Shown here: positions 41,564 through 51,362 of the stretch, in pieces | Numbering within the stretch: position 1 is the stretch's first letter | How the letters are laid out: each line of letters starts with the position of its first letter | Assembly (NCBI GenBank): GCA_043825875.1 | Contig: JBDRRF010000109.1 | Location: forward strand, 1-64,000 | Direction of reading: 5' to 3' | From: Pseudomonadota bacterium | GTDB lineage: Bacteria; Desulfobacterota; Desulfobacteria; Desulfobacterales; RPRI01 | DNA: 64,000 nucleotides | Notes under the pieces: generated by a model | What the model saw: only the letters and a program-made list of their open reading frames with translations | Told to the model about the DNA's origin: nothing | Database searches by the model: none | Made by a program: the position numbers and the translations under genes

Positions 41564-42106
41564 TTACTGATTATTCACTTTTATTTCTTTTAGTTCAACC
41601 CATTTGGTGTTTTTGTACCTAATTTTCAGAGCTTGGTTATTTTGTGGCACCTCGAAAATATAGATAGGGAAACGATACGAACCTCCTGTTGTAGTCTTTC
41701 GTGATTCGACCTCTTTCACGACATTTTTTTCTTTTTTATAGTCCTTTGCCTTTATTATAAAGGGATGAACACTGAGTCCAGCAGCTATAAATGATAGTTT
41801 TTTGTTTCCGTTAATTAGCTGAATGTCCCCTAATTTGAAGGGCTGTTTTGTATCTGTTATATTATCGATAACAATTTTTAACTTAACTAAAATATTTCCT
41901 TCTTTCGCTTTTATATCTACTGTTTTCTTGTCCAGGAATGGTGGATTATGATCTGGATATGCAGGAAATGAAGCATTGATTTCCATTGAATCCACATAAA
42001 CCTTGAAAATATCATTCCCTAAGTTTGTTGCATCTCCTGCAAATGCAGGCAGAATAAAAATGGATATTACAGCTGCAAACATGAAAGAACCCAATGATTT
42101 TTTCAC
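41564..42106 (-). CDS. hypothetical exported protein (cassette)
   Basis: Signal peptide; core GTTAACA at 42124-42130 nearly matches inverse core TGCTAAC. Confidence 0.65.
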   Translation of the reverse strand: MKKSLGSFMFAAVISIFILPAFAGDATNLGNDIFKVYVDSMEINASFPAYPDHNPPFLDKKTVDIKAKEGNILVKLKIVIDNITDTKQPFKLGDIQLINGNKKLSFIAAGLSVHPFIIKAKDYKKEKNVVKEVESRKTTTGGSYRFPIYIFEVPQNNQALKIRYKNTKWVELKEIKVNNQ

Positions 42107-42209
42107 GAAATACCTCCTTTAAATGTTAACATGCAGTTTGGGAAGCTATCCTGCTCAAATTTCCACTTTCCGTGTGTTGAAAGAGTCAAGAGCAGACCAG
42201 ATCCTCTGT

Positions 42210-42773
42210 TTACTTTATGCCCAACAAAGCTCTGGTTGTTTTAGTAAAAGTATCTATATCAATCTCGGAAATGACAGAAAAAAATTCTTTCCTGCTCATG
42301 ATCTCTTCCCCCGCCGTACCAACACTGAAACGGAAACTATCTCCATAAATTTCCACGTCACGGTTTTTATACGATCCATTGTTATATTCTCGCAATGCAG
42401 CTTTACGCCCAAGAAGATTGATAACGATATAGCCGATTTTCTTATCCCCGACAGACGTAGTTCCAAAATCGGATGAACGGTTGTTATAGTGAGAGGCAAC
42501 TGAAATATCGATCTTCACGTTTGCCCCTTGATACCTGGACATGCAGTACACGCTTGCGCGGGAACCTTGGATCGTAACGTCCATCCCCGTACCATTATTT
42601 AATGGCTGGTGACAGGTTGTGAGAAAACTTTTGTTGGGGAAAGTTTCTCGAAAAACCTTTTCAATTGCTTCTTGCTTGGATGATCCGTCTTGTGCGAATG
42701 TGTCTAAATCTGCGAATGAAAAGAATACAACGATGATTAGGAACAAAAATCTCACTCCTCGAATTATTCTCAT
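42210..42773 (-). CDS. hypothetical exported protein
   Basis: ATG after AGGAGG; signal-peptide-like N-terminus. Confidence 0.6.
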   Translation of the reverse strand: MRIIRGVRFLFLIIVVFFSFADLDTFAQDGSSKQEAIEKVFRETFPNKSFLTTCHQPLNNGTGMDVTIQGSRASVYCMSRYQGANVKIDISVASHYNNRSSDFGTTSVGDKKIGYIVINLLGRKAALREYNNGSYKNRDVEIYGDSFRFSVGTAGEEIMSRKEFFSVISEIDIDTFTKTTRALLGIK

Positions 42774-42941
42774 CTTTCCTCCTGTGTTGGTGAGTCTAAA
42801 GTTTTCTAAAACCGATAGCAATCAGAGTGAAAACCCGTTTTTACCGTCATTCCAACCCCTAAGACAGTTCGTATACAGCTTCTACTTTCTGTTCAATATT
42901 ATCCGGCTACCCGATTCTATTTCTTCTTAATGGGTAACGCA

Positions 42942-43388
42942 TTATTTTTCAGAGAGCGTCCATGGCTTTGTGAAGTAGGTTTTACGCACCTCAGATGCTT
43001 TTGAAGAAGCCCAATTTTCAAGCCCCATTTTATTAATTAAACACAGATTGAAAACTTTCATGTTATGGGGAAGTTCGGTTGATTTGTCAGCATAGGGATG
43101 CAAATGATCACAAGGGAACTGATCACAATCCCCGCAAAAATTCAAGTTTTTGCTTTTGGAGCATTCATATGCTGCACAACGGTGTTCTTCACCGAAAGCC
43201 ATTTTTTGTAATGGTATCCTGCCATTGTGATTGCGGCATCCATTACATAGCATTATTTCAACAGGCATGTTGTGTTCTTTGGCTATTTGTTCAACTGTAA
43301 TTTTTGCTTCTTGATTTTCATTAGCTAAATAGAAGTGACAGTTGAAGCAGTCTAATCCACATGGTGCTGTCATTTGAAAGTAATCCAT
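42942..43388 (-). CDS. DUF3795 family Cys-rich protein
   Basis: APCGLDCFNC...CNGCR...CAAYEC...FCGDCDQFPC. Confidence 0.8.
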   Translation of the reverse strand: MDYFQMTAPCGLDCFNCHFYLANENQEAKITVEQIAKEHNMPVEIMLCNGCRNHNGRIPLQKMAFGEEHRCAAYECSKSKNLNFCGDCDQFPCDHLHPYADKSTELPHNMKVFNLCLINKMGLENWASSKASEVRKTYFTKPWTLSEK

Positions 43389-43426
43389 AGATAAACCCCC
43401 TTTAATTTTAAAATCAACCTCTTGAA

Positions 43427-43543
43427 ACATAACACCAAACTGAGCAGCGTTAGTACAGACTTTGTTTCTCGAGGATAGTACCAGTTTGATAAACTTACCC
43501 CCACCGAGGGCGATATGCCGCCTGCTATAGTTGCTTGTAGGGC
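43427..43543 (-). other. degenerate attC-like site
   Basis: ACATAAC-ACCAAACTGAGCAGCG...CGCCTGCTATAGTTGCTT-GTAGGGC; inverse core is mutated. Confidence 0.5.
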
Positions 43544-43590
43544 AGTCGTTTATTTATTCTGTACTATTTCAAAAACCTGTCATTCGTTTT

Positions 43591-43968
43591 TTAAAGCATG
43601 CTTTTTAACCATTTTCTCGCACTTTCAATGTCAGTAAACCATTTTATTTTCCAGCCCGAATTTGCAGCCGTAGTCTCAAAAAATGACTTATAATCCTGAT
43701 TCTCAGGTACATCAACAACGGCGGAAGGCATTATTCTGACATCCGAAGGGAGGCTCCTGACACGATAATATGCATCGACAATTTTGTGAGGTCCAGTTGA
43801 GGCGCGAACATCTGTTAATACACCTTTGGCATTACTCTCTCGTATGATTTCGATTACTTTAGAACGGAGTTTATCGACATCATCTGCGGATAGCTCACCT
43901 GTAACGACTATATCAACGATTCCTTCGTTCACTGAACTTAAGAGTTGATAATTTTCCTTTTTTACCAT
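43591..43968 (-). CDS. STAS/SpoIIAA-like hypothetical protein
   Basis: VTGELS...VLTDVR...FFETTAANSG...WFTDIESARKWL. Confidence 0.65.
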   Translation of the reverse strand: MVKKENYQLLSSVNEGIVDIVVTGELSADDVDKLRSKVIEIIRESNAKGVLTDVRASTGPHKIVDAYYRVRSLPSDVRIMPSAVVDVPENQDYKSFFETTAANSGWKIKWFTDIESARKWLKSML

Positions 43969-43985
43969 GATGCTCTCTATTTACT

Positions 43986-44072
43986 GCTCAAAGCGGAAAT
44001 AACCTGCGCTGCCGCCGTTAAAGGGTTTAGAGTTTTACTTACTCGGCGTCAGGTTAATTTATTTTGTTATCA
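43986..44072 (-). other. attC site (core degenerate), same family as 58621-58707
   Basis: AATAACCTGCGCTGCCGCCGTTA...TTACTCGGCGTCAGGTTAATT-TATTTT-GTTATCA. Confidence 0.7.
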
Positions 44073-44076
44073 GATT

Positions 44077-44313
44077 TTAATATTGTTCATAACCGATTTT
44101 AATGTCTTTGATCTTGCTCTCTGCCTTAAATATTCTGACTTTTTCGTGATGTTTAATAATGATGTTGCTATTATCTTTCCAGCTTGCTTCTACTTTTGGG
44201 TTACCGCCAGGTCCTGAAGGTGCTATACCATAAATAAATAATCCTCCAAGAACAAGCACTAAGCATAACAGTCCACACACAATATATAGGCTAATTTTTT
44301 TCCATGTTTTCAT
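44077..44313 (-). CDS. small hypothetical membrane protein (cassette)
   Basis: One TM helix; bounded by core GTTAGCA and inverse core TGATAAC. Confidence 0.55.
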   Translation of the reverse strand: MKTWKKISLYIVCGLLCLVLVLGGLFIYGIAPSGPGGNPKVEASWKDNSNIIIKHHEKVRIFKAESKIKDIKIGYEQY

Positions 44314-44324
44314 CAGTTATTCGC

Positions 44325-44374
44325 TGCTAACGTGTGGCTGAGGAGCGGCGGATATGCCGTCAACTCCAGCCGGT
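44325..44374 (-). other. attC site interrupted by a IIC intron
   Basis: TGCTAAC-GTGTGGCTGAGGAGCGGC...GCCGTCAACTCCAGCCGGT, followed directly by the intron 5' end. Confidence 0.7.
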
Positions 44375-44600
44375 GTATGCCCTGCATGGGCGTGAACTTA
44401 TGGGGTGAAAGTCCCCTGTGTGTAAATCCTGTTAATTGTTAATTTCATTAGCATAAACATTAGCTGAAGGCAAGGGCGGAATCGTGAGGTTTTGTCTGAA
44501 CGCGGAGCGAACCGGAAGGTGAACCGAAGGCGAAAGCGACTGAACGGAGCGGCCAACCCTAAGTGCAAAGCTATGAGCCGACGAACAGAAACAAGGTAAA
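44375..44600 (+). mobile_element. 5' fragment (domain I) of a group IIC intron, antisense to the cassettes
   Basis: GTATGCCCTGCATGGGCG...GGGGTGAAAGTCCCC resembles the IIC 5' consensus GUGYGCCCGGCAUGGG...GUGARAGUCCC; truncated, with no IEP. Confidence 0.75.
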
Positions 44601-44607
44601 ATGGTGT

Positions 44608-44810
44608 CAAGTTTATATTTGACCTTTAATTACTTTTTCTTTTAAAGTTTGAATCTCTTTTCTTAAATTATTGTCTGTTTTTGTCATACATGCAATCTTT
44701 TGGACAATGCTGCTTACTGTGCTATATGTGTTGATAAAAAATACTTCTTTTATAATGTTTAGATCATCTCCACGTATTTGACGCAATTAATTAATTGCAA
44801 CATATTTAGC
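44608..44810 (-). pseudogene. remnant resembling the C-terminal DnaA-like HTH of RAYT-type transposases
   Basis: Translates to YVAIN*LRQIRGDDLNIIKEVFFINTYSTVSSIVQKI...NLRKEIQTLKEKVIKGQI*T*, with in-frame stops. Confidence 0.5.
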
Positions 44811-45263
44811 TTGTAATATAATAGAAATAGATATCGGATTATTTGTTCCAGAAAATTCCATAATGAATAATAATGCTTAAATTCCGCTAACACTTTACAT
44901 TGATTAAATCAACTTATTTTTTAAGTTTAAATGACTGGTTTTGTGTGTAAGTAATTGTCGGGTATTATTTTAATTTCTTCTTCATGAATGGGGGTGGAGT
45001 AGGGTGGCCCTCTCCCACGAGAGGAGAGGAGAAAAGGAAAAACGGTTGTATATGATTGACGAATATGGTTTTTAAGTCTGATTTGAAATTACGGCAGTTC
45101 TTTCCGGATTCGCTCGCTATTTCGTGTGGGTAACTCTCTCCCTTGGATGCAGTTCGATAAACATAGGGCAACATCAAAGTCCATCCTGTTAATTCTGTCT
45201 AAAAACCTTGGTTAATATATGTGTTGCGTCAACTGTTTACCCACACAAAACAGCGAAAAGCCA

Positions 45264-46907
45264 TCAGTCTTTAAAAGGTGATTCAATCATTTCAAACGGG
45301 TCATAATGATGACCACGGCCTACTCTTAATGAACCCCATATTTCGCCTATAGTTGCATATTCTTTACAGGCTTCTATCATGGTTGGAGTAAGATTGACAT
45401 TTCCCTGCTTGTCTTCTTCTGCCAGTTTTTTCATTAATTCTTTTACAGCATTATTATTTCTCTTCTTTTTTATATCTCTTACTCTCTGAACCTGTTCGGC
45501 AGTCGAAGCTTTAGATACCACATGAATAGGAATTTTATGGTCTTGTTCAGGTGGAACCACCAAATCATTAATTCCTATAAGTTTCATGGTTCCACTTTCT
45601 ATATCTGTCTGACGCTTTAATGCCGCTTCATCTATCATTGCCCTTATCCATCCGTCTTTAACTCCTTCTTCCAGACCTCCCTTGTCAAGTATCTTCTGAA
45701 GAAGTTCCCATGACCTCTTTTCTACCTCGTTTGTAAGCCACTCAACATAGTAAGATCCGGCAAGAGGATCAACTACATTGGCAATTCCGGTTTCATAAGC
45801 AAGGATATTTTGCGTACACATTGCAATCCTGGTTGCAATTTCCGTAGGAAGACATAAAGGCTCATCGTACATTACAGGATCAATGGCATTACAGCCGCCA
45901 AGGGCAGCAGACATAAGCTGTACTGCAATTCGCCCTATGTTGTTAAGAGGCTGCTGGGCTATAGCTGTAAGTCCGGATACCCGTGCTGCGATATAAAGCT
46001 TTTGTGCTCTCGGATTCTTGGAACCGTATCTTTCTCTTGCTATTTTTGCCCATATTCTTCTGGATGCCCTGAATTTCGCAATTTCTTCAAAAAAATCCAT
46101 CCATATTGTAAAAGTAAAAGGAACCCTGTTTGCAAATTCGTCAAAATTTAATCCGCGCTCTACAAGCCGGTCGGCAAATGCTATTGTGGAAGCAAACCCC
46201 AGTGCTGTTTCCATAACAGCTGGCGTCCCTTCTTCTGAAACATTGTGTGCGCTTGTATGAAATGTTGCAAATCTTAATTTATTTTTCGAACAGTATTCGA
46301 CTACATCAACAGCAAGTTTGGACCATAAATCCAGAGGCTGAGGGGTAACAAAGCCGCTGTAGTACTGGCAATATAAATTAAGAGCCGCACCGCCGTTTAA
46401 GGCAGAATAAGGAACGCCCTGCTTTTGGGCCATAGCAAAAAACATACAGGGCAATACCGGGCCGCTTGCCCCTGATGATTCGAAAGTGATTGTTGTTTTG
46501 TCAATAGGAAAGCCTTCTAAAATGGTTTCAACATCATCTAATGAGGATACCGGTATGCCAACCAAACCGGCTTCATCCACTGCCATAGGATGGTCAGCAT
46601 CAATTCCGACCTGAGTGGGGTAATCATTTACAACCTCAACTCCTTCCGATCCTATGCTGGCCAGATACTTCAGTCTTTCCATGGAATCTTTTGCCGAACC
46701 GAATCCTGAAAGAAATCTCCTTGTCCAAATCTTGTTTCTAAACATTCCCTTATATAAACCTCTTGTATAAGGGTATTCCCCGGCTTCACCGAGATCCCTG
46801 TCATAATCAAAATCTTTTAAGTCTTCGGGCTTATACATCTCTTTTAATGGTATACCTGAAGCCGACTCGAACTTCCTGTTTGCGTCTTCCTGAATCGTTG
46901 TTTTCAT
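45264..46907 (-). CDS. B12-dependent acyl-CoA mutase, substrate-binding subunit (divergent)
   Basis: SGIPLK, GEYPYTRG, DFFEEIAKFRA, YDEPL, DPLAGSYYVE and ATIGEI motifs; specificity residues differ from those of MCM. Confidence 0.9.
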   Translation of the reverse strand: MKTTIQEDANRKFESASGIPLKEMYKPEDLKDFDYDRDLGEAGEYPYTRGLYKGMFRNKIWTRRFLSGFGSAKDSMERLKYLASIGSEGVEVVNDYPTQVGIDADHPMAVDEAGLVGIPVSSLDDVETILEGFPIDKTTITFESSGASGPVLPCMFFAMAQKQGVPYSALNGGAALNLYCQYYSGFVTPQPLDLWSKLAVDVVEYCSKNKLRFATFHTSAHNVSEEGTPAVMETALGFASTIAFADRLVERGLNFDEFANRVPFTFTIWMDFFEEIAKFRASRRIWAKIARERYGSKNPRAQKLYIAARVSGLTAIAQQPLNNIGRIAVQLMSAALGGCNAIDPVMYDEPLCLPTEIATRIAMCTQNILAYETGIANVVDPLAGSYYVEWLTNEVEKRSWELLQKILDKGGLEEGVKDGWIRAMIDEAALKRQTDIESGTMKLIGINDLVVPPEQDHKIPIHVVSKASTAEQVQRVRDIKKKRNNNAVKELMKKLAEEDKQGNVNLTPTMIEACKEYATIGEIWGSLRVGRGHHYDPFEMIESPFKD

Positions 46908-47338
46908 ATTTGCTTCTCCCTGACAGGATTTAAATCCCTTTTGCTTTTCTTTTCAACAAGGGATGTAATTGTTTCTACTATTACATTAGACATTGCTCCG
47001 GGCCCGATAACTGCGTCAACACCCAGTGCCTTTAGTTCATCAGGAAAAGGATCCGGAATGGTTCCGCCTACAATTACTACAACATTGTCCATTCCCTCTT
47101 TTTTCAACATATCAATTAACTTGGGAACTAGTCTGGTATGATTTGATGACTGACAGCTTATACCAACAACATCTGCATCTTCTTCTACAACGGCCTTAAA
47201 AATTGATTCGGGACTTTGAAATCTTCCAAGATATACCACTTCCATACCGGCATCACGCAACATTGCGCTTACAATTTTGGCTCCTACATCGTGCCCGTCA
47301 AGACCAATTTTTGAAATTACTGCTTTTATCTGCTTCAT
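46904..47338 (-). CDS. cobalamin-binding subunit of the acyl-CoA mutase
   Basis: GLDGHDVGAK (DxHxxG), DVVGIS and VGGTIP motifs; overlaps the large-subunit start by 4 nt. Confidence 0.92.
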   Translation of the reverse strand: MKQIKAVISKIGLDGHDVGAKIVSAMLRDAGMEVVYLGRFQSPESIFKAVVEEDADVVGISCQSSNHTRLVPKLIDMLKKEGMDNVVVIVGGTIPDPFPDELKALGVDAVIGPGAMSNVIVETITSLVEKKSKRDLNPVREKQI

Positions 47339-47374
47339 GAGATACTTCCTCTTTGCATTAGATTATAGGCAATA

Positions 47375-47427
47375 TTGAAGCTCCCCGAGGCCAAGCATCG
47401 GGGAGTGCGCTCGTTGTTGCTGTTCAA
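47375..47427. repeat. intergenic palindrome (REP/IS200-IS605-end-like)
   Basis: TTGAAG-CTCCCCGA-GGCCAAGCA-TCGGGGAG...TTCAA. Confidence 0.45.
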
Positions 47428-47447
47428 CTCACCTGCCGTTTACTTTT

Positions 47448-48641
47448 TTATTTAGGTTCCGTTCCAAAAATATTAACCAATGCAACGGCTCCGGTTCCCC
47501 CAAGGTTATGCGTAAGGCCTATTTTCGGATCCTTGACCTGGCGTTTACCGGCTTCACCACGTAATTGCCAGAATATCTCGCATGCCTGGGCTACTCCTGT
47601 GGCTCCTATGGGATGACCCTTTGATTTTAATCCTCCGCTTACATTGCAGGGTATTTCACCGTCTATCATAGGCCCGCCGTTTTCTATCCATTGACCACCC
47701 TTACCACGCTCACAAAATCCAAGGTCTTCGTAATCTATTAATTCCGTGCAGGTAAAACAGTCATGTATTTCGGCTACATCTATGTCTTTGGGCGAAATAT
47801 CGGCTATCTCGTATGCGGTTTTACTGGCTACTGTTGTTGTATCCCATTGGTGATAATGCCGTTTCTGGTGCCCGTAAAAATCATCGCAGGCAAGGGCACT
47901 GCTCCAAAGATATATCGGCTTGTCGGTATATTCCTTGGCTATATCTTCTCTGGTCAATATAATTGCTGCTGCACCATCAGTTGTCGGGCAACAATCAAAC
48001 AGCCCTAAGGGCCAGCTTATCATCGGAGCATTCATTACCTGTTCCATGGTTACTTCAAACTGAAAATGGGCATACGGATCAAGAGTTCCGTTGTGATGAT
48101 TCTTTACCGCAATCATTGCAAAATGTTCTTTCTTTGTTCCGTATTTTGCCATATGGGCTACACCGAATTGCCCGTACATCGCAGGCCCTGTCAGTCCTCT
48201 GGGATGCCACCACTGATGATATGAGGTATTGGCTTGGCCTATCATGGATTCGCGACCGGGAATGTCTCTCATCTTCTCGGCGCCTACTACAAGTACTACA
48301 TCATATACTCCGGCTTTAATGGCAAAAGCTGCCTGACGTATAGCATCACTGCCGGTACAACAGGCGTTTTCCACCCTGCTTACAGGTTTATCATAAAATG
48401 TGAGTGCATTGGAAAGGGTGGCTCCGCTTACTATTTCTTTTCTCAAGCTTGTTCCGGGTAAACAACATCCGAACCATGCAGCTTCAATCGCATCTTCTTT
48501 TATTCCCTTGTCAACGCTTTTTAAGCAATTCTCATATGATTCAAATATCATGTCTTCTAAGCTCTTTTCAAAAAGCTCTCCGAAACGAATCATGCCAGCG
48601 CCTACCACTGCTACATTTAAAGGAATCTTTTTACGCGCCAT
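47448..48641 (-). CDS. SCP2-type/archaeal-type thiolase (PhlC/AcaB-like)
   Basis: ENACCTG, HDCF, GHPIGATG and HNLGG (no C-terminal Cys). Confidence 0.88.
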   Translation of the reverse strand: MARKKIPLNVAVVGAGMIRFGELFEKSLEDMIFESYENCLKSVDKGIKEDAIEAAWFGCCLPGTSLRKEIVSGATLSNALTFYDKPVSRVENACCTGSDAIRQAAFAIKAGVYDVVLVVGAEKMRDIPGRESMIGQANTSYHQWWHPRGLTGPAMYGQFGVAHMAKYGTKKEHFAMIAVKNHHNGTLDPYAHFQFEVTMEQVMNAPMISWPLGLFDCCPTTDGAAAIILTREDIAKEYTDKPIYLWSSALACDDFYGHQKRHYHQWDTTTVASKTAYEIADISPKDIDVAEIHDCFTCTELIDYEDLGFCERGKGGQWIENGGPMIDGEIPCNVSGGLKSKGHPIGATGVAQACEIFWQLRGEAGKRQVKDPKIGLTHNLGGTGAVALVNIFGTEPK

Positions 48642-48645
48642 ATCA

Positions 48646-50130
48646 TCACCCCCCTGCTTTTTCGTCTATAAGCCTGAACTTATATCCGTATTTTACGATA
48701 TCGTTTTCCATGCCATGCCGCCTTAAAACAAGTTCGACCTTTGCCCCTACTTTTACTTTCTCCATAGGGCTATCTACCATCATGGCGGATATTTTGCCGC
48801 CGTATTCTCCCTGTTTTCCGGCTACCCTTGCTATGCACATTGGAAATGGCGCTTGTTCAGGATCCAGATAAACTATAAACTGATGAAAAAACGTTTCGAT
48901 TACTCCCTTGCGGGGTAACGGAACTTTCTCAAACTCACGGCTCCTGCAATCTTTCTCAACGCATATGTTTCGCTTTGGAAAATTTATGGACCCGCACTTG
49001 GTGCATTTTAAAGCCTTCAGACCAAACACAAAATCTTTATCACGCCAAAATAAAGGAGAAGAATCAACAGAAGACATTGGTTCCGGAAGGGCCAGGCCTT
49101 TTAGTCTCCCCTTAATTTTTTCGTACTGAATATATTCTATGTATTGCTTATAATCCTCCTTAAAATAATTCTGCACAGGCGATATATGCCCTCTTTTTTC
49201 ATCTATCCCCTTTGTTGCAGTAACAAGAAAAGCATCGCTTCCTGCACCCGATCCGTAAGAAGCCACAAGTATCTTCTCATCAGGCTTGGCATTATCCAGG
49301 CCAGCTGCAAGAGCTATTAAGGATGAAGCTGAACCGGTGTCTCCTGTCATCGGGGAAAGAGCAGTAACACTTAGTGCTTCAGGTTTAAACTTCATAGACT
49401 TTGCCACATCTGCCGGGCTCTTTCCATCCGGCTGGGAAACTGCCAGATATGAAATATCTTCAGGCTTAAGTTTTGTTTCGGTTAAACATTTAACTATTGC
49501 CTGTCTTATGTGAGCAAAATAACCCGCAGTTCTGTGAAAACGGGCATCATCATAGAAATTGGTATAATCTTTTTTTGCCATACGCCAGGTTGTATTTAAA
49601 GATGTTGATTGGGCTACGCCGCTTCCAAGTTCTGCAATTACATCACTTGCACCTAAAATAAAAACCGCCGCCCCTGCGCCATATGCCGTTTCCAGCTGGG
49701 TTCCCATTTCTGCTACCTGGCAATCTGCTCCAATAGCCATGCCATACTTAGTCTTTCCTGAATCAACAAGGCCGGCACACCCCAACAATGCCGCCGTACC
49801 GGCCCGAACCGATCCGCCAAAATCTGCTATTATAACATCATCGGAACCACCCAAAGCCTCGGCAATCAGAATCGCTGAAGACTTATCAATATAAGCACCC
49901 GATACGGTGCCCAAATATAATGCCCCGATATCTGATGCATCCAGCCCGGCATGTTTTAAGGCATTAAAAGAAGCTTCCACAGCCAATGTCACAATATCTT
50001 CATCTTCGCCTGCTACGCTTTTTTCTTTAACTCCGCCCGCAATTCCTCCAAACGGCCAGGCTTTAGCTATAGACTTTGTAACAATCCTCTTTCTTGGGAT
50101 TGAAACCCCATATCCAATTATACCCGCCAT
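48646..50130 (-). CDS. HMG-CoA-synthase-like (catalytic residues lost) fused to DUF35 zinc-ribbon/OB-fold
   Basis: GIIGYG, DEDIVTLAVEA, GAGA and SYGSGAGSD motifs; C-terminal CTKC...FPKRNIC...C plus OB fold ending YGYKF. Confidence 0.85.
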   Translation of the reverse strand: MAGIIGYGVSIPRKRIVTKSIAKAWPFGGIAGGVKEKSVAGEDEDIVTLAVEASFNALKHAGLDASDIGALYLGTVSGAYIDKSSAILIAEALGGSDDVIIADFGGSVRAGTAALLGCAGLVDSGKTKYGMAIGADCQVAEMGTQLETAYGAGAAVFILGASDVIAELGSGVAQSTSLNTTWRMAKKDYTNFYDDARFHRTAGYFAHIRQAIVKCLTETKLKPEDISYLAVSQPDGKSPADVAKSMKFKPEALSVTALSPMTGDTGSASSLIALAAGLDNAKPDEKILVASYGSGAGSDAFLVTATKGIDEKRGHISPVQNYFKEDYKQYIEYIQYEKIKGRLKGLALPEPMSSVDSSPLFWRDKDFVFGLKALKCTKCGSINFPKRNICVEKDCRSREFEKVPLPRKGVIETFFHQFIVYLDPEQAPFPMCIARVAGKQGEYGGKISAMMVDSPMEKVKVGAKVELVLRRHGMENDIVKYGYKFRLIDEKAGG

Positions 50131-50145
50131 AATTATACCCTCGCT

Positions 50146-51303
50146 TTAGATAGTTTTTATTTTTTTGGCAAGCTCAGCTGCTATAACCAAACGCTGTATT
50201 TCATTTGTGCCTTCGTATATCTGAAATATTTTAGCATCCCTGTAAAGTTTTTCAACCGGATATTCCTTGGAATAGCCATATCCTCCAAAGATCTGGACGG
50301 CCTGAATGGCTGCCCTTACAGCTGCATCACCGGCCATGGCTTTAGCCTGGGATGACTCCAATATAGGAAGCTTTCCCTGATCAACCAGCCATGCCGCTCT
50401 CCAGGTAAGCAGACGCGCTGCATCAATTTCCATGGACATTTCAGCTAATTTCAGTTGAATAAGCTGCTGGGCGATCAAAGGCTTGCCGAACTGAACCCTC
50501 TCGGATGCATACTTTAAAGATTCATCCAGTGCCCTTTGGCCAAGGCCCAATGCGGTAGCAGCCGCCAAAGCCCTTGACCGGTCAAGTGCTTCCATAGCCA
50601 CAACAAAACCCTGACCTTCCTTGCCCAACAAATTCTCTTCAGGTATTCTTACATCTTCCAAGATCAACTCGACCGTATGAGATGCCCGGATACCCATTTT
50701 ATCTTCTTTTTTTCCTACTTTTATTCCTGCTTCTTTGGGAACTATAAAGGCGCTCAATCCCTTGTGAGCTTTAGATGGGTCTGTTTTTGCTATAACAACA
50801 TATACTGATGCCAGATCTCCGTTTGTGATAAAGGTTTTTCGACCATTTAGCACATATTCAAAACCTTTCTTCTCAGCCCTGGTTGAAACGGCAGATACAT
50901 CCGAACCGGCTCCGGGCTCGGTTACAGCAAAAGCTACAAACTTAATCTCTTCAGATTCGCAGATTAACTTTAAATACTTTTCTTTTTGTTCCGGGGTTCC
51001 GAAAAACATTATCGGGATTACTGCTATACTGTTTAACAGCAAAGAAGTGGCAATGCCGGCGCACCCATAAGTCAAACCTTCGGCAATCAAACATGTTTCC
51101 ATCATCCCCATGCCGGCCCCGCCATATTCTTCCGGAACACCCGCATTAATCAATCCCAGTTCATGTGCCTTCTGGGCAACATCCATTGGAAGTGTCCCCA
51201 GTTTGTCATATTCGGCAGCAATAGGTATGATTTCATTTTTTACAAATTTATCAACCATATCCTTTAAGGCAACCTGTTCTTCGCTCAATTCAAAACTAAT
51301 CAT
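50146..51303 (-). CDS. acyl-CoA dehydrogenase
   Basis: FAVTEPGAGSD, KTFITNG, RVQFGKP, QIFGGYGY and IYEGTNEIQR motifs. Confidence 0.95.
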   Translation of the reverse strand: MISFELSEEQVALKDMVDKFVKNEIIPIAAEYDKLGTLPMDVAQKAHELGLINAGVPEEYGGAGMGMMETCLIAEGLTYGCAGIATSLLLNSIAVIPIMFFGTPEQKEKYLKLICESEEIKFVAFAVTEPGAGSDVSAVSTRAEKKGFEYVLNGRKTFITNGDLASVYVVIAKTDPSKAHKGLSAFIVPKEAGIKVGKKEDKMGIRASHTVELILEDVRIPEENLLGKEGQGFVVAMEALDRSRALAAATALGLGQRALDESLKYASERVQFGKPLIAQQLIQLKLAEMSMEIDAARLLTWRAAWLVDQGKLPILESSQAKAMAGDAAVRAAIQAVQIFGGYGYSKEYPVEKLYRDAKIFQIYEGTNEIQRLVIAAELAKKIKTI

Positions 51304-51362
51304 AATTCACTCCGTTTTTGCAGATGTTGTTTTGTAATCATCGGTATGAACCTATACTAATA

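Noticed and set aside
42124..42209. attC between 42210-42773 and 41564-42106
   Set aside because: Only the core (GTTAACA) and a short CTGCTC/GAGCAG stem are visible; too degenerate to call.
44965..45177. 70-aa ORF downstream of the mutase
   Set aside because: No recognisable motif, and it runs into a CCCTCTCCC-type palindromic repeat; probably non-coding.
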